A stretch of DNA of 64,000 nt from a virus (lineage: Duplodnaviria; Caudoviricetes). The translations under genes were made by a program, and so were the position numbers. Where the stretch lies: IMG/VR virus record IMGVR_UViG_3300015214_000032, positions 6,280 through 70,279 of that record, one strand, 5' to 3'. Positions 10,186 to 19,852 of this stretch are shown piece after piece; positions within the stretch are counted from its first letter, which is position 1; each line of letters starts with the position of its first letter. The notes beneath the pieces were generated by a model. That model ran no database searches and was not told the DNA's origin. It worked only from the letters and a program-made list of their open reading frames with translations.

Positions 10186-11955
10186 ATGGCAGCGCATCGG
10201 CACTGGCGGGTTCTTTTCCCGGAAGTCAACTCGAGCATTTATGTTCAGCTCACGGAAGTTGAGTTTCGTCAAGCTGTCGGTGTACCTGAAATTCCAACAG
10301 GGGGCACGGCCTATGCTTCTTCAGTTTATGGTGCCTCATATGCTGCATCGCGTGCTTTTGATGGCAACATAACTACTGCCTGGAGCACTGCGGGCGATCA
10401 AGCAATCAATAGCTGGATCGCTTATGACTATGGCGCAGGCAATGAAAAGGACATTCTGGAAGTCGCTGTTCGTTGCGATAACGGAACATCTTACGCGCCA
10501 AAGTCTATCCAGATTGAGTATTCAGATGATGGGGTCGGGTGGTTCTTTTATGGGTGGTACGGTAATCAAACAGGATGGGCCGCGCGCGAAGAACGCCTGT
10601 TCCTGACCTATGAGCCGGAAAACCAACCTACACGCTTCACGCAGATCCAAGGGTACGTTGTCGAATCTTCTAATAAGTCGGTTCGCTTCACGCAGATCCA
10701 AGGGTACGTTGTTATTCTTCCTGTGCAGCCTGCACGTTTGACACAGGTTCAGAATTATGTGGTGGCAACACCGCGCCCCGTGCCCCCGCCCGGGACCATT
10801 CTCCCCTTGGCGCCCATTACGGAGGAACTCCAGTTCCTTACGTCGGTGAACACAGCACGCTCGTCAATGGAGCAGCGCTCCCGTTTGCGCGCCGTTCCTC
10901 GTCATCGTTACTCACACAACCTTCATCTTCAGGATGATGCGGATTGGCGCGTGGCGTTCGTCGACATGTACAAGAACCAGAACAAGGAGTACACGCATCC
11001 ACTGTACCACTACTGGACGGTCATCGAACAGCCCGCCGACCCTGTCGACACAGAGCTGTTCTTCGACCCTGCGCAGACGGACATGAGGGATGGTGAGACC
11101 CTTGCCATCTTCGACGTGTTCACACGCAAGGTCACGTTCCATGCGATCGATACCGTCACTGCTACAGGGGCGATCCTTGTGGAGCCAGTGGGGCGCGAGC
11201 TAAACGTTGCTCACCGCGTGTGCCCGGCGCTCATGTCGCGTATGCTGGAAGTTCCGTCCATGGAGAAGTTCGAGCGCCTTGGACAGGCGCGCGTCACTAT
11301 GGAAACCACTCGACCGCGTACGTTTCGTCGTGAGACGGATACGACGTTGCTCACGCTTCAGAACATCCCTGTCCTGGTCGATGAGCCCTATGGTAGGTCC
11401 GGCGAGAACGTGAACAAGGGTGGGCAGTGGATCGACTCGGGTCTCTCCGTGCCGGACCACTGGAACACGTGGCGTCATGGCGGGCGCATTTCGGGACGCC
11501 GCGACTACTCGTTTGATCGCTGGGTGGACATGGACCATTGGCGCGCCATCCTTGACCATATGGGTGGGCGCCAGCGCACGATCTACGTGCCCTCGTTCTA
11601 TGATGATTTGCCCCTCGCGCAGCAGCCCGCGCTCAGCGCCACAACGCTCGTGACGACTGAGATTCAGTTGTATGAAATGTTCCAGGCGCGTATGTTTGGC
11701 GCCGTGGCCATCTTCAGAAGCAACGGTACGATCTACAGGTCGGTCCTGAGCACAACGATGAACTACGATGTCAACGGGGACCCTGTATCCGTGAACCTTG
11801 CACTCAATCAGAACATCGGAGCACAGCCCGGTTCAAATGTGATCAGTAAGGTGTCACTGCTGTACAAGATGCGGTCCACTGAAGACACGATTCGAATGGA
11901 GCATTTCCAGAACCATTCCACTATCTCGTTGAACCTGGAATCGGTGTATCAATGA
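10186..11955 (+). CDS. Tail protein with N-terminal F5/8-type-C (discoidin)-like domain and distal-tail-like C-terminal region
   Basis: A-x-x-AFDG-x-x-x-TAW...WI-x-YD motif; three RFTQIQGYVV-like repeats; tail-tip position. Confidence 0.65.
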   Translation: MAAHRHWRVLFPEVNSSIYVQLTEVEFRQAVGVPEIPTGGTAYASSVYGASYAASRAFDGNITTAWSTAGDQAINSWIAYDYGAGNEKDILEVAVRCDNGTSYAPKSIQIEYSDDGVGWFFYGWYGNQTGWAAREERLFLTYEPENQPTRFTQIQGYVVESSNKSVRFTQIQGYVVILPVQPARLTQVQNYVVATPRPVPPPGTILPLAPITEELQFLTSVNTARSSMEQRSRLRAVPRHRYSHNLHLQDDADWRVAFVDMYKNQNKEYTHPLYHYWTVIEQPADPVDTELFFDPAQTDMRDGETLAIFDVFTRKVTFHAIDTVTATGAILVEPVGRELNVAHRVCPALMSRMLEVPSMEKFERLGQARVTMETTRPRTFRRETDTTLLTLQNIPVLVDEPYGRSGENVNKGGQWIDSGLSVPDHWNTWRHGGRISGRRDYSFDRWVDMDHWRAILDHMGGRQRTIYVPSFYDDLPLAQQPALSATTLVTTEIQLYEMFQARMFGAVAIFRSNGTIYRSVLSTTMNYDVNGDPVSVNLALNQNIGAQPGSNVISKVSLLYKMRSTEDTIRMEHFQNHSTISLNLESVYQ

Positions 11956-12839
11956 GCTATGAGCAAAAGGATAACTCCGTCCAGGACGGGGAGCCGGTAG
12001 AGTTCTACAAGTTCTCCAGCCCGCTTGGTACGTTTCGATACACATCGGACAACCAGCCCGGGGTGTGCAACGGGGAGCTCTATCTCGTGTTGCCAGGTGG
12101 CATGGAGCGTACGTCGATCGAGACGGGCTCTGTCGTCGATACCATCATGACGATGGACTTTACGTTCAGAGCGACGGACGATCTTGCACAGCTCTATTGC
12201 TACTCGATCACTCCGGAGCAGCTTGTCGTCGAGGTGCGCCGGGCGCACAGGGGCGATGACTGGAACACGGAATGGGAGATGGAATGGACAGGCATCGGCT
12301 TGGACGTCTCCGGCAACGGGCCTACCATCTCCATTAAGACGGGATCAGTCATCCAGGCGAAGCTCAACGGCAACATCGCAGCGATTTATTATCAGCGCAT
12401 GTGCAATCACATGCTGTTCGACGAGCGCTGCAAGGTCGATAGGGAAGACTGGACGGTCACCACGACCATTACCAAAGTGCAGCGACAGCTCATCACAGTC
12501 GATAATGACCAGTCTGCGGACGGGGAGCTCAAGACGGGTGAGATCGAGCACATGAGGACGGGCGAGAAGCGTTCGATCTACGACAATGTGGGCAACATCG
12601 TTACCATTGGTTATCCGTTTGGTGATGCGCAAGAGGGGGACGAGGTCAAACTGACATTTGGCTGCGATCACAAGCGCCTGGGTCATTGCAAGAATCGTTT
12701 CAACAACGTGGTCAATTTCGGCGGGTTCCCGTTCATCCCCGTGGAGAACCCATTCCAGGATCTGAACTTCGAGGGTAAGACGATCACAAAGATCAAGCAG
12801 GATCTTTACGCATTGATGATTGCTCCTGGCACCAAGTGA
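11952..12839 (+). CDS. Tail hub protein (DUF2163/BR0599, GTA-like)
   Basis: GEPVEFYKF start; YQRMCNHMLFDERC and GCDH...C-x-x-RFNN-x-x-NFGGFPFIP motifs. Confidence 0.85.
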   Translation: MSYEQKDNSVQDGEPVEFYKFSSPLGTFRYTSDNQPGVCNGELYLVLPGGMERTSIETGSVVDTIMTMDFTFRATDDLAQLYCYSITPEQLVVEVRRAHRGDDWNTEWEMEWTGIGLDVSGNGPTISIKTGSVIQAKLNGNIAAIYYQRMCNHMLFDERCKVDREDWTVTTTITKVQRQLITVDNDQSADGELKTGEIEHMRTGEKRSIYDNVGNIVTIGYPFGDAQEGDEVKLTFGCDHKRLGHCKNRFNNVVNFGGFPFIPVENPFQDLNFEGKTITKIKQDLYALMIAPGTK

Positions 12840-12848
12840 GGCACTATA

Positions 12849-15389
12849 ATGGGTTGGAGCTCCACACCCTCTTCTGGTATCTTTCGAGGATTTGGTCACT
12901 CGACTAATACGGTGCAGACGGAAGTTCTGCCGCCCAGTTCCTTGACGGGTAGCGTGCCCATTGCATCGGCGGGCGCGCCAATCCCCTATATCTTGGGTCG
13001 TCGACGTGTTGCTTCCCCGAATGTGATCGGATATGGCGAACCCCGTGCGTTGTACGAGACTAATATCACCACGGAAACGAAGACGTATCGTAAGCCCGGC
13101 AGGTACGTTGGTTCCGTGTGGGAGCCGGCCTACGATGTAGAGGAGACAATTACCACGGAAACGACTGTGGCGATTGGTTTCGTCGCAGATATGGTCGTAG
13201 GGATCTGCCTTGGTCCGGGCGTCGTTCTGCGGGGCATCTATGCGGATAAGGAGGCGTTGTGGACCGGGTCTATCGGTCCCACGCGCACAGTGATTACACT
13301 GCCGGAAAATGAAACAGCGTTCTCCAAGGCTGAGGTTGCGTTTCATGGGGGCAATTTCGATCAACCCGCGGACCCGTGGTTGACGCTGCCTGATACCCCC
13401 GCCTATGTGGGTGTTTCATACATCGTGTTGCGCGGCGTCCGTATGGACGTGTCCCTGGAATCCCTGTCCTTCGAGGTGGAGCGGTTTCCCAATCCTGCTG
13501 GTTTCCCTACCAATCGAAATCGACGCAGTGACGATATCAATTGCGCTACAGCGATGATCGACATCATGTCCAACGCATGGGGCGGTGCGGGAATCCCGGA
13601 AAGCGATCTTGACATTGCAGGGACGTTCACTGCGGCGTCAATCGTATATGGTAACGAGAACAACTTCTGTTCCGTTATCGTTCAGAACGAGACAGAAGCA
13701 ACTGCTGTTCTCAAAGCACTTCAAGCGCAAACATATTCAATCGTGTACCAAAACCCGCGCACGGGTAAGATTGAGGTTCGTCCTATTCGGCAAACTGCCG
13801 TATCGGGATCTGCAAAAAGCTTCACTAGCGAGAGCATAATCTCGATACAGAACTACCAGAAAAGTTCCTGGGCTGCGACACTGGAGATCCTTCGTGGGAC
13901 ATATGTGGATCGTTCAAACCATTATGAACCCACGCCCATGTTGATGCAGAACATCACCAGTTTTACGATGTCTGGCAGAAGCAGGAGGTCCGCGGACATC
14001 GCATATCCCTATGTGACGAATGATGACCTTGCAGTGTTCCTCACGAGCAGGGACCTTGCACACGTCTCCGTGCCCCGCTTCCTCGCGTCTGTTCTCTCCA
14101 CGCGCTATGGCGCAACTTGCCTGCCGGGCGACGTGGTGCGCTTGACGAATCCGGACTATGGATTTTGGGGTGTTCCCGTGGTCGTCGAGAAGGTGCGCAA
14201 GGCGCCCCTCAAGGAGAACACTGTTCTGCTCACGGTGTCGGAGTACACGCTCCCCGACACGTCACCCCTGTTCGACACGCCGGAGGCGCCATACGACCCA
14301 GGGATCGACTATAGCCCGCAGGCGCCTACCGGTGTGTTGGGCATTACGGCGCCGTACTGGGTTGCCGCACGCGCGGGCCGAGTTACTCCGGACACATCGC
14401 AGAATGTCGTCTATCCGATGCTGTTCCCCACCCCTGCGAACGACATTCAATTGTCGTACGATGTGTACATCGCAAACGTTCCAGGGGTCAGCGGCCATAC
14501 GCTGACGCAGGTTGGCGGCGTCTACACTACGTACGCCCAGCTCAGTGTTGCCATCAGCAAGTGGGATGGGCTTCAGGACGGTCAGCTTGCATCCATTGTC
14601 ATCGATGGAGTGATCAACGGCGTCAACCTAAAGACGTACTCCGCAGCTGATCAACGTCAAGGGCGCCCCCTTGTGTTCATCGGCAGCGAGATCTTCACAT
14701 TCGCGTCGTCCGCTCAGATTGGTCCTTCCCAATGGGAGCTGAGTGACGTCAAGCGTGCACTCATTGATACCGTTGCACTGGACCATGCTCCAGGGGTGGG
14801 CGTCTATATTGTCGATGGGGCAGAGAAGAACCTCGTGACACTGGCGTTCGACTATCCACTGTCGTATACACCGCAGTGGCGTTTGATTTCCACGACTATC
14901 AACGGGAAGCAGCGCATACAGGACGCACTGGCATACAGCGGGTGGAACTCCGCGAACATGCCTCGAACCCTGCGCCCCGTGCGTCCTCACGATACGCGAA
15001 TCGAAGGCGTGCGCAGTCAGACGCCGATGACGCTGGTTCAGGGCGACACCTACAATGTGACATGGCGCACGCGAGGACGTGCGAGCACGACCATTCAGTA
15101 CCAGAATGATGCGGCTGAACCCTCGGAGGGAACGACTGACCAGAACGTGACATTCCATCGCGTCTACATCAGGGATAGCACCAACACGCTGCGCCTGTGC
15201 GGCGCGACACAGAATGATGGAAACTACAACGCGTTGGCAGTAACGATTCCTGGTACAGTGGTTGAGGGAGCGGGCACGCTTCTCGTTCGATCCGTCAACC
15301 AGTTTGGTGAGTCCCTGTTCGACGACGCGCTTCCTGTTGAGGTATGGGCGGGCAGCGCACGAACCATTCGTTACGCGATCGAGGCATGA
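12849..15389 (+). CDS. Central tail-tip protein (Phage-tail_3 / GTA-type)
   Basis: 846 aa; G-x-PIPY-x-x-G-x-x-RV, PAY-x-GVSYIV, IG-x-EI-x-x-F motifs. Confidence 0.8.
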   Translation: MGWSSTPSSGIFRGFGHSTNTVQTEVLPPSSLTGSVPIASAGAPIPYILGRRRVASPNVIGYGEPRALYETNITTETKTYRKPGRYVGSVWEPAYDVEETITTETTVAIGFVADMVVGICLGPGVVLRGIYADKEALWTGSIGPTRTVITLPENETAFSKAEVAFHGGNFDQPADPWLTLPDTPAYVGVSYIVLRGVRMDVSLESLSFEVERFPNPAGFPTNRNRRSDDINCATAMIDIMSNAWGGAGIPESDLDIAGTFTAASIVYGNENNFCSVIVQNETEATAVLKALQAQTYSIVYQNPRTGKIEVRPIRQTAVSGSAKSFTSESIISIQNYQKSSWAATLEILRGTYVDRSNHYEPTPMLMQNITSFTMSGRSRRSADIAYPYVTNDDLAVFLTSRDLAHVSVPRFLASVLSTRYGATCLPGDVVRLTNPDYGFWGVPVVVEKVRKAPLKENTVLLTVSEYTLPDTSPLFDTPEAPYDPGIDYSPQAPTGVLGITAPYWVAARAGRVTPDTSQNVVYPMLFPTPANDIQLSYDVYIANVPGVSGHTLTQVGGVYTTYAQLSVAISKWDGLQDGQLASIVIDGVINGVNLKTYSAADQRQGRPLVFIGSEIFTFASSAQIGPSQWELSDVKRALIDTVALDHAPGVGVYIVDGAEKNLVTLAFDYPLSYTPQWRLISTTINGKQRIQDALAYSGWNSANMPRTLRPVRPHDTRIEGVRSQTPMTLVQGDTYNVTWRTRGRASTTIQYQNDAAEPSEGTTDQNVTFHRVYIRDSTNTLRLCGATQNDGNYNALAVTIPGTVVEGAGTLLVRSVNQFGESLFDDALPVEVWAGSARTIRYAIEA

Positions 15390-15390
15390 C

Positions 15391-15906
15391 ATGAAGAGCT
15401 CCGACTTCGTTTGGCTGCTGTCCGGGGGCGCTGGCAACGCGCTGCCCGCCGCTTCGCTTGGCGGAGTGAAGTCCAGCACGGTGCTCAACAACAATGTGCT
15501 GAGCAACCTGTTTGCTGCGGTCACCAGCGGTGAGCGGGCTTCGGGTTCGACGAAGTACAGGTGCCTGTACATCGAGAGCACTGCGGTCGAGAAGCTTGAG
15601 CAAGCTGTGCTCTACATCTCAGCCAACACGACCTCCCCGGGTACCCACATCAGCACCGGCATCGATCCAGCGGGTATGAACGGTACCGCTACGACCATTC
15701 CGAATGAGGATACGGCGCCCAGTGGCGTGACATTCGATCACAGTCCAGAGCCGACGAGCATCGCAACGGGCATCCCGTTGAGCTCGCCCTCCGAGATGGA
15801 GACAGGGGATTTCGTTGCTGTGTGGTTTCGACGCGTCGTCAACCCTGGAACAGCAGCACTTGCAAATGACACCTGCGTCGTCAACCTGTATGGCGACCCC
15901 GCATAA
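15391..15906 (+). CDS. Tail-associated structural protein
   Basis: SGG-x-x-N-x-x-P-x-x-SLGG...NLF-x-x-V...YRC-x-Y...W-x-RR motif pattern; last gene before endolysin. Confidence 0.55.
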   Translation: MKSSDFVWLLSGGAGNALPAASLGGVKSSTVLNNNVLSNLFAAVTSGERASGSTKYRCLYIESTAVEKLEQAVLYISANTTSPGTHISTGIDPAGMNGTATTIPNEDTAPSGVTFDHSPEPTSIATGIPLSSPSEMETGDFVAVWFRRVVNPGTAALANDTCVVNLYGDPA

Positions 15907-15918
15907 AGGAGAACGACG

Positions 15919-16755
15919 ATGGCACTGAGCAAAGCACGCGTAAGGCAGGTCCAGACGCTCCTGTCCGCAGCCGGATATTACAATGGCGGCATCGACGGCG
16001 TCCTGGGCGATAAGAGCTGGAAGGGCATCACAACCCTCCTCAACAGTCGTGGCAAGGAAGCCACGTCTGACGTCACGAAGTGGTCCAGTGACAGGCGAGC
16101 CATTGGTGCCGCGCAGCTGGTGCTCAAGTACGCCGGATACTCGACGATGCAGATCGACGGGTATTGGGGTAACATCACGGAAGGCGCGTTCGTCGAGTGG
16201 AACCATAAGCGTACCACCGGAACGCATCTGGCGCTTCCCACGACGCCCGTTCCAGGATATACGCCCAAGCCCACAGCATTTCCGAAGCAGAGTGCAGTGA
16301 CCAGTTTCTATGGCGCCGCGGGCGTTGGTGGGGCAGCTGAAAAGCAGCTCATCATGGTCGATCTACCCTTCACCATGCGCATCGATTGGAATCTGGACCA
16401 GAAGTCGACGAGGGTGCAGCTCCACAAGAAATGTGCCGACAGCGCCCTTGCGGCATTGCGCGCAATAGTGCAACACTACGGTGAAGCTGAGCTCCGGAGG
16501 CTTGGCTTGGACCGGAATGCCGGTACCTACAATCCGCGCCGTATGCGTGGCGGCTCCAGTTGGTCGATGCATGCATATGGTTGCGCATGGGACTTCTATG
16601 CGTCGCCCAACGGGCTGAACACGCGCTGTCCTGCTGCCCTGTTCTGCAAGCCAGAGTACAAGGCTTTCTTCGATATCTGGGAGGCCCACGGTTGGACCTC
16701 TCTGGGCCGAGCAATCGGACGTGACTGGATGCACGTCCAAGCCGCATCACTCTAG
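15919..16755 (+). CDS. Endolysin: peptidoglycan-binding domain plus M15-family Zn peptidase
   Basis: IDG-x-x-G-x-x-S/T repeats in N-terminal PG-binding region; R...SMHAYG-x-A-x-D and DWMH-x-Q catalytic motifs. Confidence 0.88.
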   Translation: MALSKARVRQVQTLLSAAGYYNGGIDGVLGDKSWKGITTLLNSRGKEATSDVTKWSSDRRAIGAAQLVLKYAGYSTMQIDGYWGNITEGAFVEWNHKRTTGTHLALPTTPVPGYTPKPTAFPKQSAVTSFYGAAGVGGAAEKQLIMVDLPFTMRIDWNLDQKSTRVQLHKKCADSALAALRAIVQHYGEAELRRLGLDRNAGTYNPRRMRGGSSWSMHAYGCAWDFYASPNGLNTRCPAALFCKPEYKAFFDIWEAHGWTSLGRAIGRDWMHVQAASL

Positions 16756-16764
16756 GAGAGCGAC

Positions 16765-17013
16765 ATGAACAGCAATCTCTTCCACAACATTGCCAACATT
16801 CTGATGGTCATCGTCGCCGGCGTCACTGCTGTACTGACGCAGATCGGATGCGTGACGCTGCCGAACGGGGACCTGGAGTGCACGGACATCGTGTTCATCA
16901 GCCCGCAGACGGCAGCGATCATCATCACGGTGCTGGGCGTGCTCAAGCTGGTCGTCAACGTCGTGCGTGACGGCATCACGGGTCTCGCCAAGAAGCAACC
17001 GCCGGTCGAATGA
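16765..17013 (+). CDS. Putative holin
   Basis: 82 aa with two hydrophobic segments and a basic C-terminus, next to endolysin. Confidence 0.6.
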   Translation: MNSNLFHNIANILMVIVAGVTAVLTQIGCVTLPNGDLECTDIVFISPQTAAIIITVLGVLKLVVNVVRDGITGLAKKQPPVE

Positions 17014-17240
17014 ACTGGCTATCCTTCATATGGCTGCTTCTCAAGGTCGCCAATGCACTCCTGGACTTCGCCAAGACCAGGAAGCAGGTATCCGATGCAG
17101 AAGCAGCCATTGTGGCCCGTGCACTGAAGGATTCAATCAATGCGCTGGACAGAGCAAACAAAGCTCGCGCTGATGCTGAGCGCAAGTTTGACGAGTCTGG
17201 CGGGGTGCCAGACGACAACGATCCAAACCTCCGAGACTGA
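17010..17240 (+). CDS. Inner-membrane spanin (Rz-like)
   Basis: N-terminal TM followed by helical periplasmic domain; overlapped by lipoprotein ORF. Confidence 0.75.
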   Translation: MNWLSFIWLLLKVANALLDFAKTRKQVSDAEAAIVARALKDSINALDRANKARADAERKFDESGGVPDDNDPNLRD

Positions 17241-17391
17241 TCTTATCAGTCTCCGCGTTGTCTGCGCAGCGTTGCCCCCCTTGTCGTATTCGCGTCATGA
17301 CACAGAAGAAACTCGACGTGGGATCGTCGGCAACAATGCAGCGCGTCAGGCGTTGTGCAACAATGCAGAGGTGCGCGGGGATGTTCAATAA
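17140..17391 (+). CDS. Outer-membrane lipoprotein spanin (Rz1-like)
   Basis: Lipobox LAG-C (SLTSLAGC) in +1 frame overlapping the i-spanin 3' end. Confidence 0.8.
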   Translation: MRWTEQTKLALMLSASLTSLAGCQTTTIQTSETDLISLRVVCAALPPLSYSRHDTEETRRGIVGNNAARQALCNNAEVRGDVQ

Positions 17392-17686
17392 TATCGATTG
17401 GGGTTTCCTCTTGACAGTCATAGGAGCGACAGTCGTGAAGGTAGCTTCCTCTCCCTTTCATTCCATCACGCGCGCTGCGCTGATGATGTTCGCCGCGGTA
17501 TTCTCCGCTTACGTGTTCACTGATCCTGTGGTTCGCTACTTCGAGATCGGACACGACTATTACTTGGCGGTTGCCGCACTCCTCACCCTCAGTGGCGAAG
17601 GACTCATGCGTATGATCATCACCTTCTCCAGTGACCCCGAAAAGCTCACAGGGTTGATCAAAGCATGGTGGACTGGCGGCAGATAA
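17381..17686 (+). CDS. Multi-pass membrane protein, second holin/antiholin candidate
   Basis: 101 aa with about three hydrophobic segments, within lysis cassette. Confidence 0.55.
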   Translation: MFNNIDWGFLLTVIGATVVKVASSPFHSITRAALMMFAAVFSAYVFTDPVVRYFEIGHDYYLAVAALLTLSGEGLMRMIITFSSDPEKLTGLIKAWWTGGR

Positions 17687-17697
17687 GGAACGATCGA

Positions 17698-17781
17698 ATG
17701 TTCTCCCGGGCGGACTGGGTATGGTTCTGGATCGCGGCGTCGTTCTGGACGCTCATCCTAGTTCGCCGTTTCTTTTTCTAA
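17698..17781 (+). CDS. 27-aa single-TM micropeptide
   Basis: AAGGAA RBS, then MFSRADWVWFWIAASFWTLILVRRFFF*; below ORF-track cutoff. Confidence 0.5.
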   Translation: MFSRADWVWFWIAASFWTLILVRRFFF

Positions 17782-17799
17782 AAAGTCTGATGAAGGGTG

Positions 17800-17835
17800 T
17801 TGACATACGTATCATGATATCGTAGATATAGTGCA
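17800..17835 (+). promoter_or_regulatory. Sigma70-type early promoter
   Basis: TTGACA-N17-TAGATA-N2-GTGCA. Confidence 0.65.
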
Positions 17836-17872
17836 TAGGCGCTGCGGCGCATCTGAGACAGGAGAAAAGAAA

Positions 17873-18073
17873 ATGGCCGTTCGTTTTGATGATTCCAAGT
17901 TTCGTGCTTCGCACATGGTCGCTCCCAAGGGGCGCGGGTCCTGGGCATTCGAGTTCGAAGGGGACGTATTCTTTTCCCCGTCCTGGATGTCCTTCGCTGA
18001 AGCGCGCAAGTGGGCCAAGGATGCTGTCAAGCGTCGCGGATTCCAGGACGCCGTCGTTTTCGTTATGCCGTAA
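17873..18073 (+). CDS. Hypothetical early protein
   Basis: AGACAGGAGA RBS motif; 66 aa. Confidence 0.7.
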   Translation: MAVRFDDSKFRASHMVAPKGRGSWAFEFEGDVFFSPSWMSFAEARKWAKDAVKRRGFQDAVVFVMP

Positions 18074-18096
18074 CCGTATCAGACAGGAGAAAAGAA

Positions 18097-18360
18097 ATGT
18101 TCGTTATCCGTTCCATGTCGACCACTGACGCTGTTCCCGGTCAGCAGGTGAAGCCCTACCACATCTATCTGCGCCGCGAGGAGCTGCGCGCAGGTGCGTG
18201 GTGGGGTGGAGCACATGAAGCAATGAAGTTCGCGACGCATGCGGAAGCACTGGACTACGTCGCAAGGCGCCCGAGCCTTACTTACGCGGAGGTCGCTTCT
18301 GATGACGCGGACGCACGTGGTCTGCCGACGTATTGGGAGAACCGGCGCGCTCACGCGTGA
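18097..18360 (+). CDS. Hypothetical early protein
   Basis: AGACAGGAGA RBS motif; 87 aa. Confidence 0.7.
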   Translation: MFVIRSMSTTDAVPGQQVKPYHIYLRREELRAGAWWGGAHEAMKFATHAEALDYVARRPSLTYAEVASDDADARGLPTYWENRRAHA

Positions 18361-18380
18361 TACAGTACCCTTCGACTTCC

Positions 18381-18410
18381 AGCGCCCCGCAAGGGGCGCT
18401 TTTTGTTTGT
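18381..18410 (+). terminator. Intrinsic terminator
   Basis: AGCGCCCC-GCAA-GGGGCGCT followed by TTTTGTTTGT, between convergent genes. Confidence 0.85.
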
Positions 18411-18529
18411 TCGGCCCATATCTTCGCGCACACGCGCGTCTTCCATTTTCCGGCTAAGCCATACGGGCCACAAGTGCATCGTCGTTGTACGCGAGCGCTC
18501 GTGGCCCGTTTTTACGATATGTTCCCTTG

Positions 18530-19762
18530 CTAGAAGGGAATGTCGTCCAGTTCGCTGACACTCGGCGTATCTACGAGATCCTCGTCAATGAAACGACCCG
18601 TGAGCGCAAGTTCGCTGAGTTGCATCGCAACGGAGCCGCCCTGTTTGATTGCAAGCCCCTGGAGCAGCCAGCGTGCAAGGGATGGTGCCCCCTGTCGAAT
18701 CAGAGCATGGTCCAGGGTGATGGTGCCGCCCGTCGTGGTCAGCTTGTACTGCTCCGTCTTCGACTTAAACTGGATCTTGATGCCGGCGAACCCAGGGCTG
18801 GGCACTTTGGCCGTGACGCGGGAAATGGCGTCTTCGACGATGGCTTGCTCCACAGCCGTCAGTGACACCAGATACGGGCTGACGTAGCCCGGCATGGTGT
18901 CCTGGTAATCCTTGAACAGCTTCAGTGCTGTTGACACCAGTTGCTTTCGATCACGAAGCCCTTCGCACACCTCCATGAACTGAGGGCTGGGCTTCTCGTC
19001 GACGACAGAACTGTAAGGCAGGTGCTTTTCAAACCTGTCCCGGGTGGAATGCTCGTCCCTCAGCACGTCATCCAGAAACTGGATCTGCGTGGCACCGACG
19101 ATGCTGCGCGCGATCGTTCCGCCGATGACGTAAGGGTACAGGAGCGTACGGTCTTCTGTGAGAAACTGGGCGCCCGTCAGATTGTAGGTGTACATCGACT
19201 TCTGCGGCAGCTTGTGTACGCGGATGCCCCTGTAGAACAGGTACTCCGATTCACCCTGGTGCACATCGACGTTCTTGAGGGAGAACAGGGGCGCCGTCAT
19301 CAGAATCGTTTCGTGACGATGCATGTACGCATTCTCGATGACGCGACCCGTGCACACGACGGTCGTCGACTTGGATGAAGGCCCGTACATGGGATCCGCA
19401 AGCTGCCCAGGATCGATGCACATCGACATGCCGCCCTCGTCCTTGGCATTGCAGTACAGCTCACGGAACGCCATCCAGGGTTCCCAATTGAGCCCCAGTC
19501 GATCCGTGAACCCAAGGGGCTTGCCGTTCATGCAGACGATGTTGAACTTCTGCTTGCGGATGGTTTTCTCCGCAAGAGTGAACGCGTAGCGCTTGTTCCC
19601 GCGCCAGATGTCGATCGTACAGTCATTGCGAAGCAGGATCGCAATTGCATACTTGAGCCCCGTACCGAAGATGCCAATGGGATTGGTTCCCTCCTTGGCG
19701 CTCACGCCCGATGTGATCATCGCCACGGGGTCGATGAGTCCTGGGTTCTTAAAAACGATCAT
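18530..19762 (-). CDS. GHKL (HSP90/MORC-like) ATPase-domain protein, circularly permuted
   Basis: IGIFGTGLK (G2 box) at aa 29-37; RELYCNAKDE (N box) at aa 100-109. Confidence 0.75.
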   Translation of the reverse strand: MIVFKNPGLIDPVAMITSGVSAKEGTNPIGIFGTGLKYAIAILLRNDCTIDIWRGNKRYAFTLAEKTIRKQKFNIVCMNGKPLGFTDRLGLNWEPWMAFRELYCNAKDEGGMSMCIDPGQLADPMYGPSSKSTTVVCTGRVIENAYMHRHETILMTAPLFSLKNVDVHQGESEYLFYRGIRVHKLPQKSMYTYNLTGAQFLTEDRTLLYPYVIGGTIARSIVGATQIQFLDDVLRDEHSTRDRFEKHLPYSSVVDEKPSPQFMEVCEGLRDRKQLVSTALKLFKDYQDTMPGYVSPYLVSLTAVEQAIVEDAISRVTAKVPSPGFAGIKIQFKSKTEQYKLTTTGGTITLDHALIRQGAPSLARWLLQGLAIKQGGSVAMQLSELALTGRFIDEDLVDTPSVSELDDIPF

Positions 19763-19852
19763 CCTGTTCTCCTGTCTAGTCGAGCGTGGCTACCATGAGC
19801 CACGCTATGAAAATTGTTGCAGCAAGCACTCCGGCGCAGGCGACGAATGCGT

